A stretch of DNA of 52,921 nt from Octopus bimaculoides (taxonomy: Eukaryota): NCBI RefSeq assembly GCF_001194135.2, contig NC_068995.1, positions 20,843,801-20,896,721 of the forward strand, written 5' to 3'. The stretch's first letter is position 1, and each line of letters opens with the position of its first letter. Both the position numbers and the translations under genes were made by a program. Shown piece by piece: positions 50,426-52,921 of this stretch. The notes under the pieces were generated by a model. That model ran no database searches and was not told where the DNA came from. It saw nothing but the letters and a program-made list of their open reading frames with translations.

Positions 50426-52171
50426 TTAAATGGTATTCTTTCATTATAACTTTATTTCAGTTGTCTTAGTACAGGGCATCCTCCAGAGGTCAAGAGTAGC
50501 AAGGGCACTTTTGTTTTGCTATGAATACTAAAAATTATTACCATATTTATTCCATTTTAGATAGAGAGTGCTTTCCATACTATATGGGGTGTATCCATCA
50601 AGGTTATCTTTTGTAGTTCACGGTGATTGGAGTTGCCAAGGAGTTGCTAAATATATTTCTGAGCTCCTTTCTTTATCCCTTCCTAATGCACCAATTACTA
50701 CTCGTATTATCGTAGTACTAAGCTTCCACATTTCTCTCATTTCAATTTGCAGATCTTTACAGTGAGAAAGCTTTTCGTATTTCTTTCTTGAGACATTTTG
50801 ATCTTGTGGGACAGACATATCTATTACGTTCCTCTGTTGCAGTCCTTGATCACACTGTCTTGTCGATTGGAGTCAATTTTTCTGTCTGTTTGTATTGGGA
50901 AGTTCCAAAGGATGGTGACGCTCTCTCCATTTACTACATACTCTGGATGATGCCCGTACCACTTATCATGGGATTTAATTTTGTAGTATTTATAAGCATT
51001 CCAGTGGATGTACTACTCTAGTCTGTCATGTCTTATGAGGTTCTCCTTTTCAGCCAGAAAAAAAACATGATCAATTGTCTCTGTGAATTTTCCACATATT
51101 CTACTCGAGGAGTCAGAGCCATCTTAAAGGACGTTTGTATGGCAGTTTCTGGTAGGTAAGCTCTGATCTTGCGCTGCAATAACGAAACCTTCTGTTTCCC
51201 CTATCAGACCTGACCATTGCAGCCATTGATCAATATCAGATTTGGACAGGTGGTTAGGCTATTTTCCATGCAGGAGTTTACCTTTTCAGTTGTCTTCGAT
51301 ATTATTTTAAAGAGGCCACAATTGTTGGAGCTATCTAGTAAATTTCCAGAGTCTTGATGATCCGTGCATGGGGGACACTGTCAAAACCCTTCTTGTAATC
51401 TTTCCAAGCGGTGCTAACGTCTTTGCGCTTGGATTTGCAATTTTCAGTGACCATTTTATCAATCAGTAATTGGTGCTTACATCCATATGAACTCCTTTTA
51501 CAAACATTTTTGTTCCACTGGGAATAACATCCTATTGTCCAAGAATTCATATGTTCTATTCGCTATTATAGATGTTAACAGTTTATATATAATGGTGAGG
51601 CATATTATGGGTCGGTATATTTGGGGGTTAGTAGTTTCTTCTGTTTTTGGTGACAGATATGTAATCCCTTTGGTAAGCCATTTTGGGTCTTTCGCAGGGC
51701 TGGACATGACTGCATTGAGTGTTACGGCTAAGTTGTAGGCGCCCATTAAAGAGTTTAGCCAAGAATTTGGAATCTTATCTATCCCTGGGGATTTCCATTT
51801 CTTTGACTTGGCGAGCGCCGCTTTCACTTCTTCAGTTGTTATATCCTACCATTCTTGATATTTGAGGTGGGCATTGACCCCTTCTATGTCCCTGACCAAA
51901 TATGCATTCTGATTAAACTCATTTGTACTATTCCAAATGTTTGCTGCTGGGAAGGAGGTGTTGTCACAAAAATGGTATTTTTACCCCAGTTTCCTGTAGA
52001 ATTTTTTCTGTTCTTGAATACTATGTTTTGTATATGGAATGCTGAGCATTTTTGTTTTTATATCTTGCCAGTCGTTTGGTTTTCAGTTGTCGTTTTTGTT
52101 TAAGGATTTCAATCTGTGTATCCTTTGTTTTCTTGTAAAGGTAATGTTTAGCAATTATTCTTATTAGTTTG
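50426..52171 (-). mobile_element. R4/Dong-like lineage B element, 5'-truncated, RT core deleted, with its own 3' UTR
   Basis: ORFs 51498-51827 (WKSPGIDKIPN..WLTKGITYLSPK..YRPIICL..YKLLTSII..LFPVEQK) and 51335-51550 (YGCKHQLLIDK..AWKDYKKGFDSVPH) are RT N-terminal motifs. At about 51303 they join directly to LHGK..QWLQWSGLIGETEGFVIAAQDQSLPTRN..RICGKFTETIDHV and the RLE KYEKLSHCKDLQIEMREMWKL..VVIGALG..TPHIVWKALSI* (stop 50557). Confidence 0.92.
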
Positions 52172-52291
52172 TTGGGTTCGAAATTTCCCCATGACACCTG
52201 ATGAAGGCCGGAGGGTATATCACCCGAAATGTTGTGTTAGCAACAAATAAGATGAGGACAAATATCCGTCAAATGTAAATAATGTAAATAA
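52172..52291 (+). mobile_element. Short hammerhead-bearing retro-fragment (PLE-LTR or retrozyme-like) ending in (AAATGTAAAT)-type repeats
   Basis: Unrelated to the flanking R4 sequences and in the opposite orientation. Ends ccgtcaaatgtaaataatgtaaataa. Confidence 0.6.
52192..52239 (+). ncRNA. Decayed minimal type-I hammerhead ribozyme motif
   Basis: TGACAC-CTGATGA-A-GGCCG-gagggtatat-CACCC-GAA-ATGT-T-GTGTTA. Stem I TGACAC/GTGTTA is 6 bp with one G-U, the CUGAUGA and GAA core is intact, stem II has 3 of 5 pairs, and ACGT has decayed to ATGT. Confidence 0.6.
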
Positions 52292-52758
52292 GTGTCATCT
52301 GTTGGTATTGATGCATCGATTAGAAAGCATTTTTTCTTCGTGATCTCTGACCACTGTATCCGAGTTATTGGCCTTAATTCCTCTGTCTGTGTGTATTGGC
52401 ATATTCTAGATTATGGTTGCGTTCTCGTTTTCTGTGACATTTTCTGGCGTGTGCCTATACCATCTTTTTCCTGTTGCTATTCCACAGCGTTGGCATAGAT
52501 TCCAGTGTATATAGGTCCCAACTCTGTCGTGTCTGTGAATATATTTCTTCTTAGCCAGGACTGGGCAGCCAGAGACAATATGATTTATTGTTTATTCTCC
52601 ATCACCATATATTCTGCAGTTACTTGTATTTCTTTTCATTACATGGTGTTGGTGATTTCTGGTGGGAAGGCTTTGATCTTGTGCTGCAATTAAAAATCTT
52701 TCAGTCTCTGCATTGAATCCTGGGCTTCTCAGCTATTGTTGAGGTTTTGCTTTGTCTA
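52292..52758 (-). mobile_element. R4/Dong-like zinc knuckle and proximal RLE, probably the upstream half of lineage A
   Basis: AETERFLIAAQDQSLPTRNHQ..CRIYGDGE*TINHIVSGCPVLAKKKYIHRHDRVGTYIHWNLC..WYRHTPE..MPIHTDRGIKANNSDTVVRDH..CFLIDASIPTDD. Confidence 0.9.
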
Positions 52759-52762
52759 TTAT

Positions 52763-52883
52763 TCTTTTACTCTTTTACTTGTTTCAGTCATTTGACTGCG
52801 GCCATGCTGGAGCACCGCCTTTAGTCGAGCAAATCGAGCCCGGGACTTATTCTTTGTAAGCCTAGTACTTATTCTAACGGTCT
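52763..52883 (-). mobile_element. 5'-truncated SINE S1 (3' third)
   Basis: Reverse complement matches 25980-26105, including gcggtgctccagcatggccgcagtcaaatgactgaaacaagtaaaagagtaaaaga. Confidence 0.92.
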
Positions 52884-52921
52884 AAAAAAATGTACAGCAA
52901 GGTTCACCACCATCCCCTGCT

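Noticed and set aside
50426-52758. A single intact autonomous retrotransposon ORF
   Set aside because: Multiple stops and frameshifts, a missing RT core, and two separate zinc-knuckle regions from different lineages.

Overview
AT-rich eukaryotic non-coding DNA, dense in microsatellites and with 15 assembly gaps (about 6.2 kb of N). The tRNA-derived SINE types and repeat load suggest an octopus genome; this is inference. No intact, nameable protein-coding gene, true tRNA, rRNA or CRISPR array is supported, and almost all ORFs in the track are microsatellite or N-gap artefacts. The window holds: (1) four tRNA-headed SINE types (my labels S1-S4), including a five-unit tandem or nested S2 cluster at 4.9-6.0 kb; (2) six fragments of R4/Dong-like non-LTR retrotransposons (restriction-like endonuclease, RLE) from several lineages, mostly abutting triplet or tetranucleotide microsatellites; (3) decayed CR1/RTE-like RT fragments; (4) a Helitron/HINE-like element; (5) two decayed minimal type-I hammerhead ribozyme motifs of the Penelope-LTR kind. 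The most notable structure is a nested locus at 49.8-52.9 kb, where one R4-like element is split inside its RLE domain by a hammerhead-bearing fragment and a second, RT-core-deleted R4-like element. A speculative minus-strand spliced small-ORF model is reported at low confidence.
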